DNA of 64,000 nucleotides. Origin: the human T2T-CHM13v2.0 reference genome, Homo sapiens. This document shows, one piece after another, positions 1-13,040 of the stretch. The notes under the pieces were generated by a model. The model saw only the letters and a list, made by a program, of their open reading frames with translations. It searched no databases and was not told where the DNA came from. Numbering within the stretch: position 1 is the stretch's first letter; every line of letters starts with the position of its first letter. The position numbers and the translations under genes are program-made. The stretch is from the NCBI RefSeq assembly GCF_009914755.1, contig NC_060938.1, one strand, 5' to 3'.

Positions 1-1569
1 CAGACAAGTTCACTGGTGTATCCTTTCAAAGTTTCAAGGAGCATTTAATGTTTATGCTACTTACCCTCTCCCAGACATAGAGATTCATGTCTTCTTAATA
101 CTTCTCAGCAAGCTGCTAGCTGGTAACACTAATATCGCTAATATATAAGAGTGGGTTACATTCTTTATGTAATCCCCTGCTTTTAGTGTGTCAGGAGATG
201 AGAGCAATGGCAGTAGCACATTGAAACCACGGAATATTTTTCCAGTGTCCCTTCTTTTCATAATTGATTTTTGACTCAGAAGCATGTCTGGGGATGAAGG
301 TGTGCTCCTGTCAGATTTCAGACACCACAGTGAAAAATTAACAACATGGGCTAACTAGTTTTACCAGGAGCAGGGACAGGGACGGTGGAGACACAGGACA
401 CACTTGTCTTTTATTTCTTCAATTTCTCCTCAATTTTCTTTGGTTTCGATCTCCAACACTGACTCCCAAGTTGATGATTTTGCTTTCTTTTTGTGCTCTT
501 CCCTGCTTCTAGACTTTCTTGGTTAGAAATAATAGCCAACAGAGATTCAATTGACCTTTAAAAGGACCTCTCTTCATGTCTTCCTGAGTCATTTTATGTA
601 GAAGAACTGGGGTCCAAGCAGGACAGTTTCTGTCTTCCTCGTGTCCCATGAAGATTCCAACCCAAGCAGAGTTGTTTGTATGCCCCTTGATGAATGAATT
701 TATAGTGTTTTGTGGTTAAAAAAATAAATGGATAAAAAGAAGGTGGTAAAAAAAATAGTTGGACTAAACATTTGTATTTAAATTATTATCATCTTTGTAT
801 TTGCTGTCTTGTTTAAAGGGTCATCTATCCTGTTCGTTAGGGATATTTTTCTCTTGTTAAAATGTACCTCCTGTCGAATACTCGGGAAATTAAAAGGGAA
901 GCGTGATGAGCACACACTGAGAGGCTGGTTTTAGCCTCTCACTTTTAGCAGGACAGGCAGCCTGTAGAGTGCCTGTGCACTGGACGTAGGCATCGTCTCC
1001 TGCATGGAACACCTTCACAAGGATGGCCAGGCAGGCTGCTTCACCTTCCAGCACTTGATGTGCCTGCTCTGAGGTTTCCTGAACACACAGCAAAGGCCTC
1101 TCATTCGTAACAGACCAGGATTCCTTTGCGTTTCTGCATAACATCAATGAGTAAATGAAGCTATTTTCACTTCACTGCCCTCTTTTGAATGTTTTTATTG
1201 TAATTACTGATTCTATTAAGGAAGAACAATAAAGGCAGTGTACCCCCCTACTACAATGCTTGGGAAACAAGTGTTAGGTTGTGCATATGACAAGAGAGGA
1301 CTCTGAATACACCTACTCTTCATCAGCCCAAGCCTTATTGAGTTGGGATAAAGAACTCATTCTCTGTTCTTTAAGAAATGTTTCCTGTACTAATTTTTGT
1401 CCTTTTGGGATTCTAAGTGGGCCAAGAAGCGAAAACATCCATGTGTTAATTAAGGGAAACCGGCAACATGTTTTCCCATGTTTCAACTAACTAAAGAATA
1501 AATGATGAAGAAATTCTCCCTGTAGCTCAAAAAAAAAAAAGAAAAAAAAAGAAAAAAAATTTAAAAAAG

Positions 1570-1772
1570 AGTCAACCTGCCGCCTTCTAGTTCTAGCTCC
1601 ACTACTTTTTACTGGTAGGAACCAACGTAAGTCACTATATCTTTGTCAGCTTCAGTTTTCTCTGCGATCAAACGAACATAAAAATGCTTCATAAGGTTTT
1701 TATGAGGTTTCAACTTGAAATGCATTTAAAGCATGTATCATATATTAAGCATTGAAATGTTAGCTTATATTA
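1570..1772 (+). mobile_element. MIR SINE
   Basis: Degenerate MIR core (aagtcactatatctttgtcagcttcagttttctc) and 3' end (aaatgttagcttatatt). Confidence 0.7.
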
Positions 1773-2166
1773 ATTGATCAAATATTTTCCATATGAAAAA
1801 ACATACTCATGGTTAAGGAAGGTATGACTTAAATGCTGACTTCCCTTTCCAACTCAGTAACTTGGTTTAACTTACACTTGGTCTAGCAAGAAATTTTAAA
1901 TTTTATGATGTAAGATGGTGATTTCTGTAAGTCAAGTACATATGAATTTTATCCCTCTATCTTAAGTTTATTTCATTTTGCTGAATTTCAAAAACAAGAG
2001 TTATGCCTATGTATACATCTTTGACAGATAAAAATCAAACTAATAGCTTATATGCGTGTTGGTGGTGGTTCTAAATACACTTTTTGGAGACAGTAACATG
2101 AATACAAGGATGGTATGAACATCCCTCAGGGTTTTTCTCCAAATTAACTGAAAGACACAGCCGAAA

Positions 2167-2671
2167 TGTTACAGAGGGTTCTTGAATCTCTTGCAGGAAA
2201 GAATTCAGGGCATGTCCATAGAGTAAAGAGAAAGCAGCTTTATTAGGAAGGTAAAGGAATAAAAGAATGGCTATTCCATAGACAGGGCACCCACAAGGGA
2301 TGCTGGTTGCGCATTTTTATGGTTATTTCTTGATGATATGCTAAACAGGGGGTGGATGAGACCATATAAGGTAACTTCCTGACATTGCCATGGCATTTGT
2401 AAACTGTCATGGAGCTGGTGGGAGTGTACCAGTGAGGACGACCAGAGGTCACTCTGGTGGCCATCTTCATTTTGGTGGGTTTTAGCCGGCTTCTTTACTG
2501 GAAACTGTTTTATCAGCAAGGTCTTTATGACTTGTATCTTGTGCCGACCTCATATCTCATCCTGTGACTTAGAATGCCTAACTGTCTGGGAATGCAGCCC
2601 AGTGGGTTTCAGACTCAATTTACCCAGTCCGTACTCAAGACGGATTTGTTTTGGTTCACAAGCCTCTGACA
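2167..2671 (-). mobile_element. MER41A solo LTR (ERV1)
   Basis: TG...CA ends. The reverse complement matches recalled MER41 (tgtcagaggc...gtcgtcctcactggtacactccc...tgtaaca). It lacks the MER41B-specific insert and GAS motifs. Imperfect 4-bp TSD gaaa/taaa. Confidence 0.85.
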
Positions 2672-4269
2672 TAAATGTTTTAAAAAGTAGTATTAGTTAT
2701 ATCATGTTTCAAAAGTACCCTTCTAATAAAATTATAAACCATATTTTATTTTAGTAGTTTAGTAATATTTGAAACTGAATTTTAACATAAAAAGCAAATA
2801 ATTATGTATTTCCTCCTTTTGTATACGTATTTGCTCCTCTTGTATATATTGTGTTTGTCTTCAGAATCCAGTTAGAAAGAGCCTCTTCCAAAATCAAGAC
2901 TTTTAGAAGGAGAGGGGAGAAAAATAGTGATTATATATAATTTTTAAAAATCCTATCATTAGTTAGTTACTTCAGGGGCTCCCTATTACATTTAAAACAA
3001 ACATCAAAATATATCTCACAACTAAGGATGATAGTCAAAATATTTTTAAGACCTCTATTGGCACAATCACTTACCAATCAGAAAGTGTGACTGACAAATC
3101 TGAACAGTCATTGACCTCAAACAATCAGTAAATACCACTCTCTATCAAGTGAACACTGTTTTATCTGTAAGACACAGCACGACCTCACTCCAATGTACTT
3201 TATCAAGGTCATCACACTGGCATCCTTAACTCTGTTGCCTATACTAGCTTTCTTTAATTACAGGAATTGCATAACTCTCACAACTATGTCTTAGCTCTGG
3301 CTATTTCTTTCAACTGGATCAGTCTCCCACAAAATTCTACGTATCCTATTCTCTCCTTCAAACCTTTGCTAGCCAATGCTACTCATCCTCTCCTGTTTAT
3401 TATCCCTTTGTCAGAGAAGGATTCTGTAAGACACTGTCACAGTAGTAATTTATTGCATTTTAATTCCATGGAAGTTTGTGACCCTACTTAAAAAGTTTCC
3501 TTTCCCCATTAACCTTTAAATTTATAAAAGCAGAAACTGATTTTAGTTCATGAGCATTATAATATCATTAACTGCAGAGAAACTGTCCAATAATAGGGAC
3601 TTAATAAATATTTGTTGAATACACGACTGTATCACCTCATAGTTTTTAAAATGTGTTCCCACATAGACTCTAATGGGGATGTATATGATTTTATTGAAAT
3701 CATTTTAAGATGATAAAATGAAATATTAACAGCTATTTTGAAACATGTTGACTGTACTTTAAGGGACAAACCCTGAGTATGCTGAGAGGATACTATAAAC
3801 TGAGGTGGCAAATATGGCTATTGACATAGAGATGATGACAAAAATTTTTGTAGAGCAACATTATGACTATTATTTTCTTTGATGGAAGTAACAAGACTTT
3901 CAAAAAACTATCAAATTAGGTAAAACACAAAAAATAGAAAATGACTTTCTCCAATAAATAATTTATAAGGAATACATTTCATGATCATTATTATTACTGA
4001 TTTTACTGAAAATGAAATCAGTTTTTGAATAATGACCTTGTCCTTTGTTAAAGATAAATTACTTATTCCCTGTTGGAAGGCTTGCATATGTGTCTTCACA
4101 TTCTACATTAAGTCTATGGTCTTCAATTTTTCCATCAAAGCATCACTAAAACTTGGTGCACAGTTAAAATGATATGAGAAGTTATCTTTTATCTTAAAAT
4201 ATTCAGAGAATCGGGTCCTCTGCTCCATAATGTAACAGCATCTCTTTTGTTATATTCTGTGATGTAGGC

Positions 4270-4302
4270 ATATATACATATATACATATGTGTATGTATG
4301 TG

Positions 4303-4337
<35 letters not shown>

Positions 4338-4338
4338 A
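4270..4338. repeat. (TA)n/(TG)n compound microsatellite
   Basis: Seen directly; abuts an Alu poly-T. Confidence 0.9.
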
Positions 4339-4471
4339 TTTTTTTTTTTTGAGACGGAGTTTTGCTCTTTCTCCCAGGCTGGAGTGAAGTGGCTCACTAC
4401 AACCTCTGACCCCCGAATTCAAGATATTCTCCTGCCTCAGCCTCCTGAGTAGCTGGGATTGTAGGCGCCCA
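4339..4471 (-). mobile_element. Alu 3' fragment (right arm only)
   Basis: poly-T followed by gagacggag...cctgcctcagcctcctgagtagctgggatt; truncated. Confidence 0.9.
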
Positions 4472-7400
4472 CTGTTTATATTTTAAGGACTTTCCAGGGA
4501 GTAAATTTTATACACTTATCCCCTGGTTTCTTATATCTATACAACAACAACTATATGTCTGAGATAATATTTTCCAGTATATTATAAACTTTGTGTGGAA
4601 GAAAAATCTGCTCATTGTTGTCCTTTATACCTTTATTGCAGTAACATATTAAGAAGAAGAAGATGACCAAAATTGCAGTTCTCTATAGATGTCAAGCTCT
4701 GGAGTGTTTTGTCTTCTGTAATTTTACCATTTTATTGTTATAATAAGAATATTTTCTGTTCCCTCCTTGTTGAAGTTTTTGGTAAGAGCCATTTAAGTGA
4801 GAATGAGTATTCATTAATCTATATCTATCCAGCTACAGTAACTTTAATCTATTTGTGTATTTGTACGTCACTTCTGTCAACCTATAAATGGCTGAATCAT
4901 TGATGCAGGCCTTTATGTTGACAAATGATGAAAATGAAACAGAGAGCACAAATACCATTTGTAACAAGAAGAAAGAGCACTGTTGAATATATTTCCCTCC
5001 CAAGACCTTTGTTTAAGACAGCAGGCAATCTTTGGGTTTCATATTCTTGACGTCTGCAAAAAATCTACTATATATCATCACAATAAAGAATGATATATTT
5101 TTAAAAAGATCTTTGGAAAATTTTCGTTTATAGGTATAGAATTCTTCTAATCTGAAATGCTCTGTCAGTTGCTAACTAGTGTGTTGCTCCTAAATTTTTC
5201 TCATATTCCTTATTGTCTCCCATAAAGTGACCCTGCTGGAGGAGACCAGCTGGAGTAGCCATAGGCATCACAGTTTAGTTAGCCTGACTCAGTTGTTATT
5301 CATGGCTTTTGTAGGCTATTGCTCTGTAACCTAACGAGACCCTGCAGAGGTCAATATCAAACCCAAGTCCACCTGAAAGCTTCTTTTAACTCTGTGGTTT
5401 AAAAAAAATTGATATGGCGAGCTCTTGACTTTTATTCATTTCAATCCACATCAAACTCACACCTGCCAAGATTGGGGAAACTGATTCAGTTTCATTGTCT
5501 TACTCTTTTCATTAGGTTCATTGACTGGCCCAAACTAACTGATAAGACAAGGAGTAATGAGGCCCTATTTCAGTGGAAGGGAATTAATAAAGCAAGGTGA
5601 GGAAGACAAAATCCTTGGTTTGTATCATATCCATTTTACATAGCAACCCAAGAGTTTGACTAACTCCTATGAAATTGGCATAGTTACTAGACTTCTTCCA
5701 ATTGATTTTTTTACAATCTGAGGCAGAACTAAAGACTATTCATACACATATGTCACTGAATATCGCAACACAGTTGTATACTCATATATAATTGACAAAT
5801 AATTCAATAACTTTCTTATTTTCCAGAATAAATCTTACTTAATGCTTGCTAGTAATCTACAGATGGATTGTTTTGAATTAGAATCACCCATCCTACATAT
5901 ATGCAAGTTCAGGTAATAACTAACTTTGGTGACCAGGAATAAAGAATGCTTGTTGTTAAAGGAGACTTAAATATAACTTTGAATGGTCTTGTTTATAATT
6001 TTTAAATTAGGTTTAAGTATTGCTTCGATTATTTTCACTATTTTAGAAAAGGCAGAGACTGGGACAATAGATATTTAATAAACACAGATACTATTGACAA
6101 GTTTACTAAAACAACTATTAAATCTTTAGGTTTATGGAGGATTCAAAACAATTTTGTCTTAGACATGAACCTCACCAGGGACATGAGGGACAAGTAGGAA
6201 GAAACATGTTTATTGGTTATAATTAAATATGTAAGGTGTTTTATCATACAAGAAATCTCCATGTAACCTTTGGTGTTTATGTTTTAATAAGGTGATTAAG
6301 TATTTCTAGACATATTCAATAATTTTCATGTTAATAATTAAAATCTCTCTATCAAATAGGAAAATAATGTTGGCTTATTCCATAGAAAGTATTAGAAATG
6401 AGAGTTAAACATAAAATAATTTATAAAATATGTTCTCACAAAATAAGTAAAATGTTTGGAATATCTAATCAGCTTCATGTATAAACATTACTTTTGAGTC
6501 TGGTTGAAAACATCCTCAATTTTAAAAAAGTTTGAAGCTTACTTATGTAAATTAACTTAATACACAGATATATGGACAGAATTTAGGGATAAAGTGGCAA
6601 TGAAAGTGTCTCCAACCTGATGGCATAAAAGAATGGCTTTCAGATTTATGTTTCCATATCATCTGCCAGCCTGGTAGCATAATTCCCAAATCTCTCAGCA
6701 GAAAATCTTTCATTTGAAGCAAGCTTCTGTTACGTGATCTTTTTCCCCCTGGCAGATGATATGTTAAAAATGTACTATCTGGGAGATGGACCAGAGGCAG
6801 GTGCACAGGTTTTGATGTGGAAGGCTTGGCAGGTGTGACCCAGAATGGAATATATGCTCCTCAGAGGGACCTGTTGAGATCAGATGTTCATGAAAAAGAC
6901 AATGCTCAAATTATTCCAACATGCATATAATTATCTCTAAATGTGGTATTGTGACCTTGCTGTAATTTTCACACAAGCAAATACATTTAAGCCATGTTAG
7001 CAATAGCTGAACTATGATGTTTCTGGATTTCTAAAAACATTTAATCGTATTTCTAGTCTTTTGCTATACTTACAGTATACAATTAGAAAGACAGTTAATT
7101 AGCTGCCCAGATTAAAAGGAAAACAATAAAAACAAAAGTTACTTGTAATTTCCTGCCCAATAAAATGCCTCTGTCTAAGCATTGTGCAGCATAGTCTCAT
7201 TCTTCCTTTCCTCTTCTTCACAGTCAACGTAATTTCCCCTTCCCAAACACATGCTCTCTGTGCAGCACTTCCTTCTTTGACCTTAGATTTAGTTTACCCC
7301 TACATTTTCCGTAGTATTTTAACTTTTTAGGTTTCACTGGACCTCTATCAAGTCTATGCTAGCATGTCACATGATAGGTGCTACTTAGTAGACACTTAAA

Positions 7401-8865
7401 GGAATGAATAAAAGAAGAAAAACATTCACCATGCTGCAAGATAAACTAGCCTCTCTTTTTGTTTTCCTTTATACATTCTTCTGAACATTCCAGGATCTGT
7501 TTGGTATTAAACCTAGGTAGAAAACTGTATCATCAAAAACTATTATGACCTTATATATCTTCGCGTTGGCACTTGCAGAAATAATTATAACGATGACCAA
7601 ATTATTTGGTACGCCATCATTGAAGTTATAGTTAAATAATTCGCCACAAACTTCAGTAACTAATAATAAAAGACTGTAAAGAAGCGGTTGACAAAAGTCA
7701 TTGTTAGAATGGAAACACTAGCTTTTTCATCATGATTTGTACAGAACTATTTGCATGAGTAATAAAAAATGACATTAATGTATACTTTTTATGTCTTTTT
7801 CTTTATATAGTTAAGTTTCGATATGTTTATTAAAAAGGAAATTTTTTAAATACTTAAATGACTTTTTAACAGTTAACATTCAAAGATTAATAACTGGTAA
7901 CTTTGAAACTATATATTTATAAGAAACATCATTTGTTAGGATGTTTGTTTTAGAGAATTGTGTGCATTTACTTAAAGTCATATAACATCATCGTCAAGAA
8001 AAGTTGGATTTACTCACTTACCCTGTGATAATGCACTGGCTAATCATAAAGGGTGCAGTCAGTATATAAACATTATCTATCTTATTCTAAATTCAGAGTG
8101 TTCTCAAAGATAGTTATTTTGCATAAAGTTTATGTAAGTCAAAATTTAGCACCTGACTTTTAAAGATTAATTTAAAGACAGCAAAACTCTCATTCTTCCA
8201 CAGGAATTTCAATTTTCTGACACCAACAAAATATTAGATTCACAAGTCCAAATGGCAAAGAAATGTGTTATTTTGTTGGGCAACTTAAAATTTCAGTAAT
8301 CAATCTTGAAGCTTGCGTGTTGAAGACTAGCCAAGACTGAGTTATATTAGTCCCTAAACCAGTTCTTCCCTTGGCATTATTATTCTCCCTTTTTAATCAG
8401 TTTAAAAATGTTCTGGGATTCTCTGCTACACATCCTTCTGCATCCCTTCCCTTTCTCTTGCCAATATTCCTCTTTTCTGAAGCCCAGAGTAATGACAGAA
8501 GGAGGAAGTACATTATCATTCTTTTGCTTTTCCACATTTACTTCTGTTTTATTTTAATGTTTTTTATTTTACTTTGTTCCTCATATTTATATCTCATATC
8601 AGTGGGCATGGATAGAGGTGCTTATTCTTACAGGGCTTGAGAAAAATTTGACTTTTTATTGGCTTATTCTGATTCATCAACAAAATTAGAAAACTTGCAA
8701 CTCTTCTAATTTTAACTTTCCTTAAAGGTCACCAAATGGTAAGTAGGAGGTTCACCAGTGAGGTGAATGGAGACTCCTGACATTACTAATTTATCAGTAG
8801 ATGCTCTATCATTAAACAAAAGGGAGTAGTCACTGGGTCAAAGAGTATTAAAACAGCAAGGAGAA

Positions 8866-9176
8866 TATGGTAGCCCACAAAATGGCTCCCAATAATTCTC
8901 ATCTCCTGGTATTTATGTTCTCGTGTAATCTCTCATTGAGTGTGTACTGGACCTAATGATTTGCTTCTAGCAAGTAAAATAGGATAAAAGTGATGGAGTA
9001 TCCCTCCCAATATCAGATTACAAAGATCTCAGCTTTTCTCTTTCTCCCCCTCCCTTGCTCACATTAATGAAAGCCAGTTATCATATTGTGAACGGCCTGA
9101 CAGAGAAAGCCAAGTGGCACAAAACGGAGGTGGGCCTCCCACCTACAGCCAGTGAAGAATGAGGCCCTCAGCAACA
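8866..9176 (+). mobile_element. MLT1F-like MaLR LTR, 3' truncated
   Basis: atggctcccaataattctcatctcctggtatt...ttgagtgtgtactggacctaatgatttgcttcta resembles the MLT1F 5' half. Confidence 0.7.
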
Positions 9177-9799
9177 GATAAAAAAATACAGAGGTAGAAG
9201 AGATGAATTATACTGTTTATAGAAAAGAAAATTAGTTATTTTGTTGGTTTGATTGTTTAATTTTGTCTTAATCAGAGTTGGGCAACTAGCTTGTAGTAAT
9301 GTAAATTTTAGATTTATATTAGTATTCTAGTATATTTAAAAAGTATTTTAATAATTATTTAAATTAATAATTATTTAAATATCTGACCAGTTTCAAATCT
9401 AGTGTTGTGGGCTATTAAACAACAATCACAATACTAAGAGGATCCCAGAAAACTTTTTAAGAATATTTCGATAATGTTTCATTGCACATACTCTGCTTTT
9501 TGTACTCTATAATATTTATCATACTTGGTGCTGCGTTCTCACATTGGGGAGTGTTAACTGACCTGGGACAGAACAGCTGGCAATATCTCGAAATCTGGAG
9601 CTAGATTTGATATAATATGAGAGAAGACAGTGAATTGCAGATAGGATGCATCGATTCTCAGGGAAGTTGCTCAAAAGCTTTACATTTTATGGGTGTTCAT
9701 GCATTTACATGTTTTAATCTCTGTGTCTTTAGCAGCCCTGTAAAGCTTTGAAATGTGTTTCTAATAGGGTTAATATGCAAAGCAGAAGACAGTGTCCAA

Positions 9800-10670
9800 C
9801 TAACACTTGAGATTTCTGGGTGGACACTGGTCTGGGCACTAGTTTCTGCCCAAGGAAACAGAAAAGGCAGAGAAAGTTTGACCAGCTGCTTCGATGGAGG
9901 AACCTGCAGATTGCTGCTTAATATCAGTTGTACTTCCAATGTTTGGGGGATAAAGAATACATGATTGTTTCTTGTGGAGTAGATGTGGGCCCTGTGGCAG
10001 AGAGAGCCAGTGTAGAATTACGTTGAGTCTTTACTAGCAGACTTATCCAGATGGATAAAGAACTCTTCACAGAAAGTTCTTGGATTTGAGGTGCCTGGAC
10101 TAAGGGAATTTTAAGAGAGAGAACCCCAGTAGGGACCTGTGCTGAGTTTAAAAAAACTTCCCACAAGAAATGGAACTCCATTTTTAAATATCTACTATCA
10201 CCAGAAAGGGCAAAATTATCTCAGAAACATTTAGGTCAAGTATAATCTGTCGTCCTTATTCCTTACCCTGCTCCCCAAATGCTGGCACTGAAGGGAGTTA
10301 GCAATCTGGGAAAAGCAAGGCTAGAGATTAAAAAAGAAATATATTTGTCCCTTTTCCACAACAAACTTCCAGTGTGAAGCATGTCCAGTCAAAGCAGGTA
10401 AAATATGCTGTTCCTGGTCATTTCAAGTTGTAATTATTGTTTGAGACTAGGCTCTCTAAATTTTTACTTAGGACTTTCTGGTTTACTGTAATGGTAGGAT
10501 TGTCTGTTACCTAAGAGTGAAGAGAAAACGTATGGGTTTGTCAGAATATAGATTTAACGGCAGGGAAGGATTATTTTCACCGAATGAAATTTAATAGTAT
10601 GGCAGACAAAAAATAAAATTGCATTTTGATGTCAGTTCTTGTGTCATATTTATTCAATATACTAGTTACA
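9800..10670 (+). mobile_element. Ancient LTR, possibly MamGypLTR (Gypsy-class)
   Basis: Ends aataaaattgcattttgat...ttcaatatactagttaca, like recalled MamGypLTR 3' ends. The 5' boundary is uncertain. Confidence 0.4.
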
Positions 10671-11419
10671 TATGCTTCTCCACTGTCTTTCTATACTACC
10701 CAGTAGAAAATGTACCATAACATGTATTGCTGATTTACTTGTCTGCCTCACTTAGAAGATGAATGATAAAATAGAAACTCATTCTAAAGAAAAGCCAGTA
10801 ATAAGAAAATAGTTACGCTTCATAGGAAGTTTTCTATCAGGAATCAGGCTTGCTTGAAAACAGGAAAGAAACTCTGATCTGCAGACATTTTTAGTTAGGA
10901 AAAAGATTACTTGCCTTTGTCAGAATATAACAAAAAAGAAATTTTGAAACCACTGACAAAAATATTTGTGTAGTTTGTAGTGTAAACTTTTCCTAATACA
11001 TAGGCTTAGCCTCAAGCATTCTTCTAGCGGTTTTCCATTGCCCTTCTTAAGAAGATGCTCGGATCAACTTGTATTCATTACTTGATCTTATATTTAAGTT
11101 GTAGAGATAGATTTATGAGACTGGTTTGCCTGGAAAGTTTTATGATCCATATCAAACTTACTTTGAGTTTTAATACTACTGACAACAACAAATAGGAAAA
11201 TGTAAAAATCAATGACATGAAGTCTTCAACATTATAAGCAAGTTGTTACATGTCTAAATATTTTGAACACTTGAAAATGATACTATTTGTTAAAAACAAA
11301 TAAGTAAGATTTTCAAGTACTATTTTACCCTTCTTATTCTAAGATGAATTACTACACAGATTTATTAATTGCGATACGATAATATTTTACAAGGGAAAGG
11401 TTGATCTCAAGCAGAGTCA

Positions 11420-11830
11420 TCTCTGGTAGGTTGCATTCTCCAGAATTAGACATTCTGAGATGGAGATGGGAATGTCAGTTGTTTATCAAGATTAACACTT
11501 GGAAGAGAAGGGAAGAATTAAGATTTGGTAGAGTAAAAAGTCAGACCGCAATACAGTTCTGACAAAGCCAACCCTGTGGGAAGTTCTAGAGCATGTAATA
11601 ACCATCAGATTGTCTCAACTTAGGCCAAAGTGATCAGACAATTATATTCCCATCTTGCTTAGTCAACAGATGAGAGTTGCCTTGGGAAGGGTGTAATGTC
11701 TGTTGAGGTAATCCTCTGAAGCTGTGGCTGATGCTAACATTACTGACAGCTAAAAGGCTACCTACTGACTACCCTCTTTTCAGATGGGCATTTCTTGATC
11801 TTTATCCTGATCCTCAGAGGAACCTGGACA
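11420..11830 (-). mobile_element. LTR16(C)-like ERVL LTR
   Basis: ctgagatggagat...gccaaccctgtgggaagttctagagc...ctgacagctaaaaggct matches antisense LTR16. Confidence 0.7.
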
Positions 11831-12157
11831 ATACATTTATAATCTACTGCTTATCTCTTACAAGTTTTAGATGCAGGAAGTTTAACCAGGACAGATATAT
11901 GTTTATTGAAGATATTTCTGTGCGTTCAATATTCAAGATAACTGAGTATAAAATTATTTGAGAATTAAGAGTCTTATTATTTAGAAGTGTTTACTTGAGG
12001 TTATTCAAGGAAATGCATAGATAAATCAATCTCTAAATTTAAAGCATTCATGACTTCATGATGTATCTGTTCAATGAAAAAATCAATAAATTGCAAAGAC
12101 AGAAGAAACTGGAAAAACACTGAACCTGAGACTATGTGTAAAATCTACGGGTCATTA

Positions 12158-12763
12158 CAGTCAGTTCTGCTACACCATAATATACACATTCTAAAATCAT
12201 TGTGTTGTGCAAAATAGCACAATAAACACTAGATACATTATGGAGAAAGAATGGGATGATTTAATACTCACAAACGTCATCAGTGAAGCATAAGATATAA
12301 TCAACAAAGTTTTACACATATCAAATGATTAGGAAATGCACAAATACTAAAATGAATATGGAACTTTACCTTGAAAAAGATTAAAATTTCCTTGCAGAAG
12401 TGGCCTAAGGAAGGGTGCAGCTTGTGAGTACTTATAAGTGTTAGAAAAAGGGTTATCTAAGATCAGACAGAAAGTCTTAATACCAGGTGTAGATGGGTGT
12501 GCTGTACGTGTGTTTGCTCCTGTGCGCGCGTGCGTGCACGCGCACACACACACACACACACGGTGTGTTTGAGCTGAAACTCTGAATTTCAGTGCAGCTT
12601 GATTTAGCTAGAGTGCAATTTTCTGCATTCACCTACTATTTCTGGTGCCCAGAATTATGTATAAGCAAGCTGTAAATTTGTTTTATGCTCCAATTGTTCC
12701 AAGTACCATTTTCGTTAGCATACATTTGCATTTACAAAACAAGCGCACTAGAAGAAGGGACTG
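12158..12763 (+). mobile_element. Tigger13a DNA transposon
   Basis: TIRs cagtcagttctgcta / tagaagaagggactg, TA TSD on both sides, internal match to recalled Tigger13a. Confidence 0.8.
12521..12562. repeat. (TG/CG/CA)n alternating purine-pyrimidine tract
   Basis: 42 bp of unbroken YR alternation containing 7 CpG. Confidence 0.9.
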
Positions 12764-12809
12764 TACTTTCAAGACATGTTTGTTCTTTCTTCTTTGATGT
12801 GAAAACATA

Positions 12810-13040
12810 GTTAGTAATGTGCTAGGTGTTTTTAGTTAACAATCATTTAATCATTTTATCTCATTCAATTTTCTGGATAGTCCTGAGAGGTAGCTGTTAT
12901 TGTCTTCGCTTTTATACATGTGGGAATAAACTGACAGTGGTGAAGGAAATTTCCAAAGGTATTAAAACCAATCAATGGTGGGGAGAAACAAACTTGTCTA
13001 TCAGATTACAAAGCTCATGTTCATTTGTCCATACTGCTAT
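12810..13040 (-). mobile_element. MIR SINE
   Basis: ttatctcattcaatt...cctgagaggtag...ttattgtc resembles antisense MIR. Confidence 0.6.

Noticed and set aside
918-941. Hairpin followed by a T-run, resembling a bacterial terminator
   Set aside because: The context is primate nuclear DNA, and a 9-bp stem is expected by chance in 64 kb.
2167-2671. MER41 as an interferon-inducible STAT1 enhancer
   Set aside because: The tandem GAS motifs of MER41B are absent; this copy is MER41A-like with a further deletion at that position.
3075-3164. Minus-strand 90-nt exon-like segment (cttacag| ... |gtaagt)
   Set aside because: Stops in all three frames and no supporting partner exon. A non-coding exon cannot be excluded but is unsupported.
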